NCBI RefSeq assembly: GCF_006345805.1
Contig: NC_042998.1
Span: 182,900,001-182,964,000, forward strand
Source of the DNA: Octopus sinensis
Taxonomy: Eukaryota
DNA length: 64,000 bases
Direction of reading: 5' to 3'
In this document: piece after piece, positions 52,502 through 63,812 of the stretch
Layout of the letters: every line of letters begins with the position of its first letter
Numbering within the stretch: position 1 is the first letter of the stretch
Translations under genes and position numbers: made by a program
Notes under the pieces: generated by a model
The model's input: the letters and a program-made list of their open reading frames with translations, nothing else
What the model was told of the DNA's origin: nothing
Databases searched by the model: none

Positions 52502-54149
52502 TTTTATGACCATTACTACAGTTTCCATAAGGATTCTATAAAGCCAGACCTATAAGAGATGTCTTTTATTTCACACATCTCTACTCTTTTCACCATTGAG
52601 ATTTTCAGCAAAAGCAATATCGTTGCTGCATGCATCAACAAAGACTTTATGTAAACTTAACTAATTTTCCTTCCAATTGATGTCTTCTCTCTTCCCCTGA
52701 TCATCCCTACTGTTTCACCCTCCAGATCTGATACAATTTTCCCTCACTAGATCTACAACCCTATGTACTTTTAACTGTTTCCCTATAGACTTCATCTTAC
52801 AGCAGTTCAACTTGAGCATCCACTATGATGATTCTATCAGTCTGGGAACGTCTGCAAAGGTAATTAGCACTGCATCTATTGTTCCAATGAAGGAGCCTCT
52901 ACATGGTTCATTGACCTGTCAGAAATAGCAGTCAACTTACCCTTAAATTACATCATACTATCTTAAAAAGGAAGAACACACGGAATAGTGTAGTCCTGTA
53001 GTCCATCTACCAAATTCACATTCAAGGCTTTAGTCATCTCAGGGCAATAGCAGAAGGCACTTGCCCAAGGTGCCAAACAGTTGGACTGAACTTGGGGCCA
53101 TGTTGGAGACCAGAAAATAACTGGTAGGATGGCCACGGCTGAAATTACTTTGTATATGTGTGTGTGTGTGTGTGATGGTGGGGGTTGAGATAGATAGAGA
53201 GACAGACTGATAGATATGCTTGATCAGAGCTGATCTACACAAGGAATATATTGTAAATATGTCTCAAATCTATTTTCAAATACTGTATCTAGTTTCATGT
53301 TTCAGTGAGTTATATAACTTTAAAACATGCATGCAATGAAAAAACATTTGTCATTCTGAGATTTTATCTCACTACTATAAAGGTAATGCAATACTATTTA
53401 ATTACACCGTATTTCCTATTAACTAAAACTTGGAGAGTTGCAATTCTTCCAAGCTATTGAGCATGACCAGAAGTTGACATGGGGCTCAAAATTAGAAATT
53501 TATGTTTCAGATCGTTATCTAAGTCCAATTTGTGTAGTTCGTAATTAAATGTTCTCTCAAAAGACTATTGCCTTGTTGTTGCACATTGTTATATAAGTAT
53601 GAGGTCTAAAGAGTTGTAGTATATATTATTGGCTAAAGCAGTTGGACATTAACAAGTATACATACATGCATTTAATAAACATAGATGTGGTTAAGAAGCT
53701 AACTTCCAAACCGTATGATCTTGGGTTCAATCCCAGATGTCTTTTAGTATAACTCCAGGTTGATCAAAGCAGCCTGGTCAGTGGATTTAGTTGATGGAAG
53801 GAACATATTGTTGTTGTTACTATGTGTGTGTGTGCTTTTAAGTACCCTTTTCTTGACATTGTATGATGGTTGTAAACAAGCATCACCATTATACAAGCGA
53901 CGGTGTTTGTTTCCAGTCTTCTGTGTAAAAACATATTCTAGCCATGGGTATATTTTTACCTTGCTTGGAAACAGTTGAGAGCTGAAGACAGAAACGACAT
54001 CTGAGCATAGGAAATCTGCTTCAACAGATTCATCTGACATATGCAAGCATAGAAAAGTGGATGTTAAATGATGGTGATGATATTTAGCCTTGCTCTTCAA
54101 ATAGACTGTGTGTGTGTGTGTGTGATAGACAGAGAGAAAAAGGGAAAGT

Positions 54150-54202
54150 ACAGATAGATAGATAAGTAGATAGATAGATAGACAGACAGCTAGCTAGCTA
54201 GA

Positions 54203-54234
<32 letters not shown>

Positions 54235-54527
54235 TAGCTAGACAGACCGACAGATAGCTAGATAGACCGACAGATAGCTAGATAGACAGACAGACAGCTA
54301 GATAGACAGACAGACAGCTAGATAGATAGATAAGTTTCTTTATTGGCCACACAGGGCTGCACACAGATGGGACAAGTTACAAGGTAGAGCTTTTCTTTTG
54401 GGGGATGAAAAAAAAAAAGGTGGCGTAGGTTTTCGATCAAAAGGGATCGTAAAAGGAAAAAAAAATTTTAAAAAGGGAAAAGAAAAAAGAAAAAGGGAAA
54501 GGAACAAAAGAAAAGAAAAATGAAAAA

Positions 54528-54573
<46 letters not shown>

Positions 54574-54588
54574 CTAGATAGATAGATC
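54150..54588. repeat. (GATA)n/(GACA)n microsatellite interrupted by an insertion
   Basis: Direct reading; non-repeat block at 54333-54528. Confidence 0.92.
54333..54528 (-). mobile_element. 3' end of a second L1/Tx1-like LINE inserted in (TATC)n
   Basis: Minus strand: T-rich UTR, then ttgtcccatctgtgtgcagccctgtgtggccAATAAAgaaact joined directly to tatc repeats; resembles the 3' end at 26365-26408. Confidence 0.65.
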
Positions 54589-54765
54589 TACCTTCCTGCC
54601 TTTCTTTTCCTGTAGCGTAATTGGTCTTCTGTCAGAAGTAGCTTTCATTTGAGAGCTCACAATACTTTATCACCCTGCAGGTGTCACTGATTCTTATTAC
54701 ATATCCATAGAGAGTAGAGCCACCACTCCTGCACACTTTGCCTATTGGTAAATGCCTTTTATTCC

Positions 54766-54804
<39 letters not shown>

Positions 54805-55106
54805 GTGCTTTTCTAGATTATGCCCAACCCATTTCTCTCCAGCCTACACAGATTTTTCACATTTAATTCCTTCACATGTTTAAATACAGTAACAATAATG
54901 TAATCTCACACTTCTTACACTTATATCTAAAAGTATTCTCACTCTGCAGAGATAGAAACCTTTTCTTGTTAAAGAAGTTAGTGTCTCCCTGAAAATTCCT
55001 TTCTTTTATTGTGCTTTACCTGATTTCTGTTGTGCTTCTACCACAACTCTTTCAGACATTAATTAGGGCACGCAATTAACAGAAACTAACCTTTCTGTCT
55101 GAAAAT

Positions 55107-55280
55107 ACGCCAACCACTCCATGAGTGTAGTGGGTGCTTTTTACATGCCACCGGCACAGGGAGGATGGCAAATGGCCACGATCAGTTGGTGCTTTTTACA
55201 TGCCACTCACATAGACGCCAATCAGGCGGCGCTAGCAACTCCCACATTTGGACGGTGCTTTTTACGTGTCACCAGCACCT
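55107..55280 (-). mobile_element. Family C 3'UTR array fragment
   Basis: Three ggtgctttttac(a/g)tg(c/t)cac units. Confidence 0.7.
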
Positions 55281-57249
55281 GTTCTTACATACTGAGTAAT
55301 GTGGTGCACATGTTTTAATGCATAGAATTAACACATTATGACATGCACAGATATTCCAAACTTTTTTTATGCTATAGAGTAAGGAATATTAGTAACCAGG
55401 TAGTTATAAAGATATTGATAAACTTTAACTCAAGTGTTTTTAAACAAGCTGCTGAGGGAAGGTCTTTCATTTCCTAATATCTCACATCAAATATATTTTC
55501 TTCTACTCCTTTACAGTTTCAACTACTGTCCTACAAATACCAATAAAATTTACCACTTTTCAGAAAAGTTATCACTCATAAGGGAGAATAATATTGCTCA
55601 ACATTCAATTATTCTTATGAAATTATTCCCTATTGAAACAACCCTGCTTACCTTTGATGATAGGTATCTTCATAAATTTCTCCAGACAATCTCATGGGTT
55701 GAATTTTTTAATTCTTTTTAGTCAGAAGAGAAGGCAGCACTTGTGACCCTTTACGTGGTATCTAAAACTAATGGGAGTAAGAAAGGAAAATATCTTTAAT
55801 CTAGGACTTAGCTCAAATGCTTGTAACAGACTGGACTCTACTAGAGACATCAAAGCTGCCAGATGATGGCATTGAACCAGATGATGGATTCAGTTTATCA
55901 CCCAAGTAGGCCATGGCAGGATTTGAGCTCAGAATGCAAAAATCTAGTAGAAATACCACAAGACATTCAGTTTAATGTTCTTACTGTTCTATCAATCTAC
56001 CAACCTTTATTGACACATTTTCTAAATTCATTCCACTGAAAAGATGAAAAGCAAATATAACTTCAGCTGGATCTGAACTCAGAACACTGAATTTCATCAT
56101 CATCATCATTTCATGTCTGTTTGATGAACAAATAATGTGAAACATTCTATCTGACATTCTAATGGCTCTGCCAATTCACCACCCACAGTAGGCTGAGAAG
56201 ACTATGATTTCAAAATCAAAATAGTAATTTAAATCTCTACAATTATCAGTTTGCTTATAACATTTGTATTTGCGTCAGCCTTACTGACACCTGATTTCAG
56301 CAAACAGTTCCAAAAGTAAGTCACTGTACTGATCTCTTAAGAAGTACTGATTCACCGAAAGGATTTATATTACTCTATACCCTCCCTTTTGTCTTTTCTG
56401 TCATTATTACAATTTATGTCTGTTGTTCTCAACTGGATGGCTATTTTGCAAAATAGGGGTGAACTTAATGGATGCAGGGTATCAAACTTCAATAAATACA
56501 AAAGACATCTGTAGATGTTGTATTTTATCTCATCAGTAAAAGATTAATTTCATCAAAGTACTGATAAGAGAATTAATAAGTAGGATCAAAGTATTGTAAG
56601 CCAAATATCTAAGAAAAATTAACATATATGTTCCAACTTCTTTTACACTGTAAAGTATCAAACTTTGACATAACAATCTTTTAAACAAGGTACTGAGAGA
56701 AGGGTTTTTTTTGTTTTTTGCTTTTTCCTTTTTATAATGTCTCATTAAATATACTATCTTTCAAAACTCTGCAGTTTCAGCCACTACTCAACACCCAATT
56801 ATTTTTGTGGAACATTCCAATTTGAAATATTCATTCTCACTACTGACGCTAGATAAAATCGTCTCCATAAATCTCTCCTGGAGACTAATAACCTACACCT
56901 GCCATCCACATTAGATTTTTGACGGACTGCATTAAGCATGTTAATCTGTCCTTAAATGTTGATTTTTGATATAAATGGCGTCTCTAATATACATCTTTTC
57001 TGAATGTGCTAATTTTACACGCCTTCTTAGGTTATGATATCATAGTAATGCATGGTGATTCCTTTACCTCTATTTTGGCACATTCTGTAAAGCTTATGCT
57101 TTAATAAGGAGATATAATAATATTGAAATATCTATTGAAATACACTGCCTCTGACTGAAATTAATTTTGAAAATAAGTTTAGTAAAATTATTGTTTTTGA
57201 AAATACATTTAGTGAAATAATTTTGTCATTATTAAGCTGATATTTAGAA

Positions 57250-57830
57250 CATCATCTTCATCATCATCATCGTTTAACATCCACTTTCCATGCTAGCATG
57301 GGTTGGACAATTTGACTGAGGGCTGACGAACCAGATGGCTGCACCAGGCACCAATCTTGATCTGGCAGAGTTTCTACAGCTGGATGCCCTTCCTAACACC
57401 AACCACTCCGAGAGTGTAGTGGGTGCTTTTACATGCCACTGGCACGGGGGCCAGTCAGGTGGTACTGGCAATGACCTCACTCGAATCTTTTTATACATGC
57501 CACTGGCACAGGTGCCAGTAAGGCGACACTGGTTACGATCATGCTCAAATAGTGCTTTTTACATTCCACCGGCATGGAAGCCAGTTAGCCACTCTAGCAA
57601 CAATCATGCTCGGATGGTGCCTTTTACGTGCCACAGGCACGGAAGCCAGTTAGCCGCTCTGGCAATGATCACGCTTGGATGGTGCTCTTAGCACCCTACT
57701 AGCATGGGTAACGATCGCACTCGAATGGTGCCTTTTATGTGCCACTGGCATGGAAGCTGGTTAGCCACTCTGTCAATGATCACACTCATATGGTGCTCTT
57801 TGCACCCCGCTAACACGGATGCCAGTCATC
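57250..57830 (-). mobile_element. RTE-clade LINE 3' UTR (family C) with about seven array units
   Basis: Terminus 57250-57420; ~64-bp units at 57420-57830. Confidence 0.85.
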
Positions 57831-58843
57831 AAATAAAGTTTTAATTTAGATCACTTTCAAATCAAAAGTTTGATTCATAGAACCACAAGCAGTCTTAGGT
57901 AGGTTAGTATCAAAGCAGTTAATCTATACATACTTCTGCATTCAATCCCAAATACACTGTCTCTCTTCAGATACTTTCTTTTGTATAAAACACACACATA
58001 TATACGCAAGTGCATATGTGTGCTTTGTTTCACAGGACTATTTTCAGTTCCAGCTTTGCCCATGCTTTCACATTTGATATCCTTCAGCTCTTTTTTTAAC
58101 ATTAACAATACCAATCATCTCCAGTTTCCCAATCCCATAAATTTGGGAGTGCATTACTGGATATATGACTGGCCCTTTCTCTATGAGAATACTATATAAC
58201 TTTGTACAGTTGCTATGGTAACAGTCATAACTTATTGAAATATGCAAGATATGCGTGCTTAAGGAGAAAAAAATTAACTAATAGTAATAAAGATTATATT
58301 TTTTTCTCTAGCACCGACAAGAATACTATTTCCATTGGGGAAATAATCAAAAATAATTTTAAATATCACCAGACTAAAATAATTGACTATTTTCTGCTTG
58401 CATTGACTGATAAACATTGGGAAAAGCTAATATTAATTAACAGTAAAGTATAATGTTAATACCTGTCAGGCTGCAGGTTTTATTACTCCAACCTACCTGG
58501 TTATTAGGTGAATAAAAAAACTGTATTTCTTCAGAAGCATTTGATTAGATCAATATTTATGTCTCCCCTTGGACTATGTCTTAGGTTCACATATAATATC
58601 AAATTACTTAAGCTCTAAGTAAACCTGTTATTAAAGGATTTTTATGGCTTGTATAATAGCATGTCTTAACAAGAATTTTCATCCACAAAAATATACCAGC
58701 AGTTACTTTTTTTTTTAATTATTTTCATTTGGAATATTATAAATGTTAATTAATTTTATAAGCATCTTTAGGTTTTGGTATATGAAATGCTATGTTTATA
58801 TTGATTAAAATAACAAAGATTTTAGTAAGCATTTGATTAGGGT

Positions 58844-58957
58844 TTAAGATATGATGGTCAAAGTACCATAAAGTAACACAACAAAATAGAGGCTTATACC
58901 ACCCAGCAATGCACTTCTCAGTTGAATACTTAGTATTTCTTCTTCAACTTGCTGCAA
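58844..58957 (-). CDS. Candidate terminal coding exon of an unknown membrane-anchored protein
   Basis: Acceptor ttcctgttgtatttcag, then open frame LQQVEEEILSIQLRSALLGGISLYFVVLLYGTLTIIS*; non-repetitive context; no partner exon established. Confidence 0.25.
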   Translation of the reverse strand: MQQVEEEILSIQLRSALLGGISLYFVVLLYGTLTIIS

Positions 58958-59059
58958 CTGAAATACAACAGGAATTTCCATCCCCCTTTTCACTTTGGTA
59001 GAACCTCAGTTTCATGCTAAGTCTTGAATCTGACTTTAAAATGCATCTAATCTTGTGAA

Positions 59060-59235
59060 AGGCCAGCAATTTCGGGAGAGGAGATAAGTTATTTAGATCA
59101 ACTGGTACTTATTCTATTGAGCCTGAAAGGCAAAGAAAACCTCGGCAGAATTTGAACTCAGAAAGTCTTTAGGTGGACGAAATACCACTAAGCATTTTGT
59201 CCAGTGTGCTAATGCTTCTGCCAGCTCACCACCTT
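59060..59235 (-). mobile_element. SINE family D
   Basis: actggtacttattctattga..ctgaaaggcaaag..cctcggcagaatttgaactcagaa..ctaagcattttgtccagtgtgctaatgcttctgccagctcacc. Confidence 0.7.
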
Positions 59236-59600
59236 TAAGAGAAACCCTAGATATTGACAAACTAACACTACTCTCAGAATTGTAGTGTAAACTGCATTAC
59301 TAAATCACCTTGACCCAACATAGGGTCCTAGATTTCACTGTAACCAGTAAACAGCTATTGTCGAATGGTAACTGCTGCCTTGTGAGAGGAATTTAGAAAT
59401 CCAAAGGCCTTATATGGCTCTTGTTGTTGTTATTGTTAAGCAACAAGATGGGTAAGGGTGATTAGGTGATGGTCATCTTGTTGTAATCGAGGGCTCTTCG
59501 TTGAGGCCCGACACCACTGGGAGGTGGCCCTTGAAGTCGCTGGAAATGGAGATCTCCAGGTCCAAATTGAAAGGTCAAGAGTACATAACACCATTTTTTA

Positions 59601-59941
59601 TCTTTTACATGTTTCAGTCATTAGATTGTAGCTGGAAGGGTTTAGTCAGCCAAACTGACCCCAGTATTTACTTTTAATTAAATCTGGTAATTTTTCAATT
59701 GAACTCTTATGCCAACCACCGTTATGGGGATGTAAACAAACCAGCACCTGTTGTCAAGTGTTGATGGTGGGGAGATACACACACATATACTGCAGGCTTC
59801 TTCCAGATTCCATCTACCAAATTTACTCACAACCCAGGACTATAGAAGAAGACACTTGCTCAAGGTTCCATACAGTGGAACCAAACCCAGACTCATGGAG
59901 TGGAGAAAAAAACTTCTTACCACACAACCACACCTATGCCT
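59601..59941 (-). mobile_element. tRNA-SINE family B, degenerate
   Basis: tcttttacatgtttcagtcatt...gaagacacttgctcaagg...cttcttaccacacaaccacacctatgcc. Confidence 0.65.
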
Positions 59942-60386
59942 ACGTTGAATAATTATTACAAATTTCAAAATAATGCTGATATCATAATGATGTCTGAACT
60001 AATTTTAAATGTAAATAATTTATTTCATAAGTTCAAAATCTGTTCTTTTGGTGCTGATTTCATGAGTTGTTAGTTCAAAGTCTGAAATAATTTACATTTA
60101 CCATCATCCCTTATACCTCTGGTTCATTCTAGAAAATTCTTTTGTCTTTCACAAACTTTTTCAAATGAGTTTAAACTGTTATTTATTAATCCACCATACT
60201 AAGTTTGTTTACTTCATTCATAATAATAATGGTGCTTCTTCTGTCATTTAGAATTTAAATATTCAAATATTGAGTGGTTTCTATTTATACTCTTTTACAT
60301 CCATTTTCTCATACTATGTGTGCTGTAAGAATTGTTTTAAATTATTAAATTAACATTGTCAAGAAAGAACTGAGGATATGCACCTC

Positions 60387-60425
<39 letters not shown>

Positions 60426-60512
60426 TCAGTGGATCATATATCCAAAAAGGTAGTACACTCTAAAAGTAAGAGCAGTAATGTATTTACATAAAGGTAAATA
60501 TATGTCTGATCA

Positions 60513-60576
60513 TAGAGTGACCAATGGTTTCGCATCCATAAAGCACTTAGCTTTATAGACAACTCATCAGACTCCA
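60513..60576 (-). ncRNA. Canonical type I hammerhead ribozyme
   Basis: Minus strand tggagt-CTGATGA-gttgtctataaagc(taagt)gctttatggatgc-GAAAC-cattg-GTC-actcta: 6-bp stem I, ~13-bp stem II, short stem III, GUC cleavage site. Confidence 0.92.
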
Positions 60577-60761
60577 ATAGTCATGGGCACACACACACAC
60601 ACATATATATATAATGCACACACACACACATACACACACACACACACCACACACACACACATATATATATATAGTCAGTGGATCATATATCCAAAAAGGT
60701 AGTACACTCTAAAAGTAAGAGCAGTAATGTATTTACATAAAGGTAAATATATGTCTGATCA

Positions 60762-60825
60762 CAGAGTGACCAATGGTTTCACATCCATAAAGCACTTAGC
60801 TTTATAGACAACTAATCAGACTCCA
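60762..60825 (-). ncRNA. Second hammerhead copy with core mutation (CUGAUUA)
   Basis: Same fold as 60513-60576 but G8 is U and the stem II closing pair is G-U. Confidence 0.7.
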
Positions 60826-60910
60826 ATGGCCATGGCACACACACACAGATATATAAGGCACACACACACACACATGTATAATGCACACACACACACACAC
60901 ACATGTAATG

Positions 60911-60947
<37 letters not shown>

Positions 60948-60948
<1 letters not shown>

Positions 60949-61143
60949 GTGAGAGTTTGCGAAAAAAACAAAAGACGAAGACCGGTGGTGTACAAAACAG
61001 ACAGATGTATTAGTACAACGCTCTGAAATAGAAAAAGTCTTTTACGTTTTGAGCCTCCCTCTTCTACAGAAAGGGACACAGAAAAAACAAGGAGAGAAAA
61101 AAAATGTGTGTAGTGGCTAACGATCTATCATGACGTCTGACCA
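60948..61143 (-). mobile_element. Second copy of the 7563-7756 element
   Basis: Reverse-complement homology along its length; between (TA)n tracts; HHR-like motif at 61039-61073 also reads CTGTAGA. Confidence 0.7.
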
Positions 61144-62028
61144 TATATATATATATAATGCACACACACAAATAAATATTTGTTGTTAGTAACTTTATAA
61201 TGTAACTAGCCTAACATTAACGCTTATATATTTGTTTGTGTGTGTGTGTGTGTATTCATATCAGTATGCTTGTTCTATTTCAGATTGATGTCTATAATTT
61301 ATAAATCTGTATGCGTGCATACATTCATGCACATACGTTTTCATAATATTTTTATTTTTCTAAAATCATTTTTACATGAAATACAAGAATATGTTTTCCT
61401 GTAGGCTACTAAGGTTTTTACGACTAAGATAAACTATTGTTTGGCCCAGTTTTTTTTATTATTTTTATTTTTATGTTTGAAATACAATTTCCTTTTATGT
61501 TATTAATAGTAATTAATTGAATTTTCTGCCAGTCTATTTTTTCTTGCATGGTATTCTTTTCTTCCCCACTTCCCAATCCTCACAACCCTGATCTGTCGAA
61601 GCTCTCTATAAACCGATACAATCTTGATCAGTGTAAACCAGCCATGCTGAACAATCTAAATATAACTACAGACTACCCTAATAACCAATAGAAGCAGTCA
61701 ATGCATAACTGTTGCAGCTGCTATGCTTTGGTCCATTGATTCTAACAGAATTTTTTTGTTCTTTTATTTAATGACTGCTTACCTTATTGTGAAACAGTGC
61801 TTTATTTAGGAGTCTGTTACTGAATAATAGGCGCCCCCCTACTTTGTATTATCAAGAAATGATTTGCATTATAATGTCTACAGACTTAATGAAAGAATTA
61901 AAATGAAACATATAATAGTGTCACTTTGTTTCGTTTGTATCGATGTTGTAAAATAACAGTTGCTCGCTCTGTGTTCCTTGTGAATTTGTAAATATATTTT
62001 TGTTTCTTCTTTACACATATATCCTAAA

Positions 62029-62079
62029 GTGATGGTGATGGTGGTGGTGGTGGTGGCGGCAGTGGTGGTGGTGGTGGTG

Positions 62080-62111
<32 letters not shown>

Positions 62112-62178
62112 GGTGGTGGTGATGGTGGTGGTGGTGGTGGTGGTGGTGGTGGTGGTGGTAGTGGTGGTGGTGGTGGTA
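62029..62178. repeat. (GGT)n/(GTT)n microsatellite
   Basis: Direct reading. Confidence 0.97.
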
Positions 62179-62321
62179 CTGCTGGTATCAGTTACTGCTT
62201 CTGCTACCGTTGTTGTTTTCACCTTTTTCTTACCCCTAAGTCAACACTCATTGAGTAGAATGATTCATCAAAGGCTTTCCAGTTATGACCACCCTGTTTA
62301 TTTATATATCATCATTTGTCG

Positions 62322-62809
62322 TGACTGATGACAGTACCACCTGATTGGCACCCGTGCCAGTGGAACATTAAAAGCACCATTCGAGCATGATCGTTGCCGG
62401 GGCTACTGACTCGCTCCCATGCCAGCAGCATGTAAAAAGCACCATTCAAGCATGATTGTTGTTAGCATCGCCTGACTGGCTCCTGTGCTGGTGGTACATA
62501 AAAACACCATTTGAGCATGGTCGTTGCCAGTACCGCTTGACTGACTACGGTGCAGGTGGGATGTAAAAAGCACCATTTGAGTGTGGCCAATGCCAGTACC
62601 GCTTGACTGGCCCTTGTGCCAGTGGCATGTAAAAGCACCCTCTACACCCTCACAGTGATTGGCATTAGGAAGGGCATCCAGCTGTAGAAACTTTGCCAGA
62701 TCAGATTGGAGGCTGGTGCAGCCTTCTGGCTCATAGGCCCTCAGTCAAACCATCTAACCCATGCCAGCATGGAAAGCAGACATTAACCGACAATGATGAT
62801 GATGATGAT
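62322..62809 (+). mobile_element. RTE-clade LINE 3' UTR (family C) with five array units
   Basis: Five ..gtggcatgtaaaaagcacc-type units, terminus and (gat)n tail. Confidence 0.82.
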
Positions 62810-63118
62810 CTAAGACTACACTGCCCAAGTATACCTCCATTTTGAAGATAGTTGGGTATCTGTTAAAAGATATTTGACTGCTATTTTTTGTGGGTGTAGC
62901 AACAATGTAGAAGCTTCTTTATTGGTTGATCTTGAGGTTTTGGGGGGTAGAGAAACAGGACTGTGTGATATTCATTTATTTCTCAGTGATATTAGTGGTG
63001 TAAGTAACTTCTGTTATTGTTATTATTTAGCTCTGGCTCAGCTTTGATCTAGCATACTTATGATCAGAGGAATTCAATATAGAAGAGTCAAGTTTGATAG
63101 GTTAATACTTAAAAGGAG

Positions 63119-63153
63119 AGTTGATATTTTGGACACTAGCCCTTCATCAGAAG
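63119..63153 (-). ncRNA. Decayed minimal PLE hammerhead
   Basis: Minus strand CTGATGA-a-gggc(tagt)gtcc-aAAAt-aTC; restoring two CpG-decayed sites gives GAAAC-GTC. Confidence 0.45.
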
Positions 63154-63742
63154 GAAAATATTGAAGAAAAGTAAAGGAGGGTTAGGGTCCAGGTGAAATG
63201 CAGTTCTTGGGATGAGTTAAAAATGAGAAACTGTGTGCACTCCTCTGAATGTATCTCTGTATTGATATACACATAAGGGATTGGGGTGAGTATGTGGAAT
63301 TTTTAGTGGTATGATTAAATGTGTAGAGGTGTGGAAGTGTAATGGTATGAAAGGTGAATGTGTTGGTGGTTAATGTGTCATATTGTGTGCAAAGAAAGCA
63401 TAGAAGTGAGGAGGTGGCAGTTAATATGAGTGATAGGCGAAAAGGAAGACAAGAAAAATGTGGTGGGTATGGTAGAATTTCACAACATATGTGTATATGT
63501 GTGTGTGTGGTGTGTGTGGATGGGTGGGTGTTTTATTGAAGCTGAAGCTTGAGTATCATGACAAACTCCCAGTTTCATTTTCAGTAAAAGAAGTATATTT
63601 CATTTTTGTACATTTTGTATGAAAACGATGTATAATTTTCTTATGGAAACTGAAATTGAGTGTGTGTCATTTAGCACAACGCCATATCCTGTACATGTAT
63701 TGACCAATCCTCTCTCATTTGTCCAACATAAATCAACATACG

Positions 63743-63810
<68 letters not shown>

Positions 63811-63812
63811 CA

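Larger units (their letters stand above)
60425..60840 (-). mobile_element. Tandem 249-bp HHR-bearing repeat (non-LTR retrozyme/PLE pLTR-like) in CA/TA microsatellites
   Basis: Two near-identical ~165-bp unique cores starting at 60425 and 60674, separated by CA/TA tracts; each carries an HHR on the minus strand. Confidence 0.8.

Noticed and set aside
51794-52850. Possible decayed GIY-YIG tail and HHR split by the MITE
   Set aside because: Too degenerate to support by eye
57420-57830. CRISPR-like repeat/spacer appearance of the ~64-bp arrays
   Set aside because: The spacer-like parts are homologous to each other, the repeats are degenerate, the context is a eukaryotic LINE 3'UTR and there are no cas genes
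61783-61877. Upstream exon joining in phase to the 58957 acceptor
   Set aside because: The longer version has an in-frame stop as assembled, and the shorter version relies on a weak acceptor
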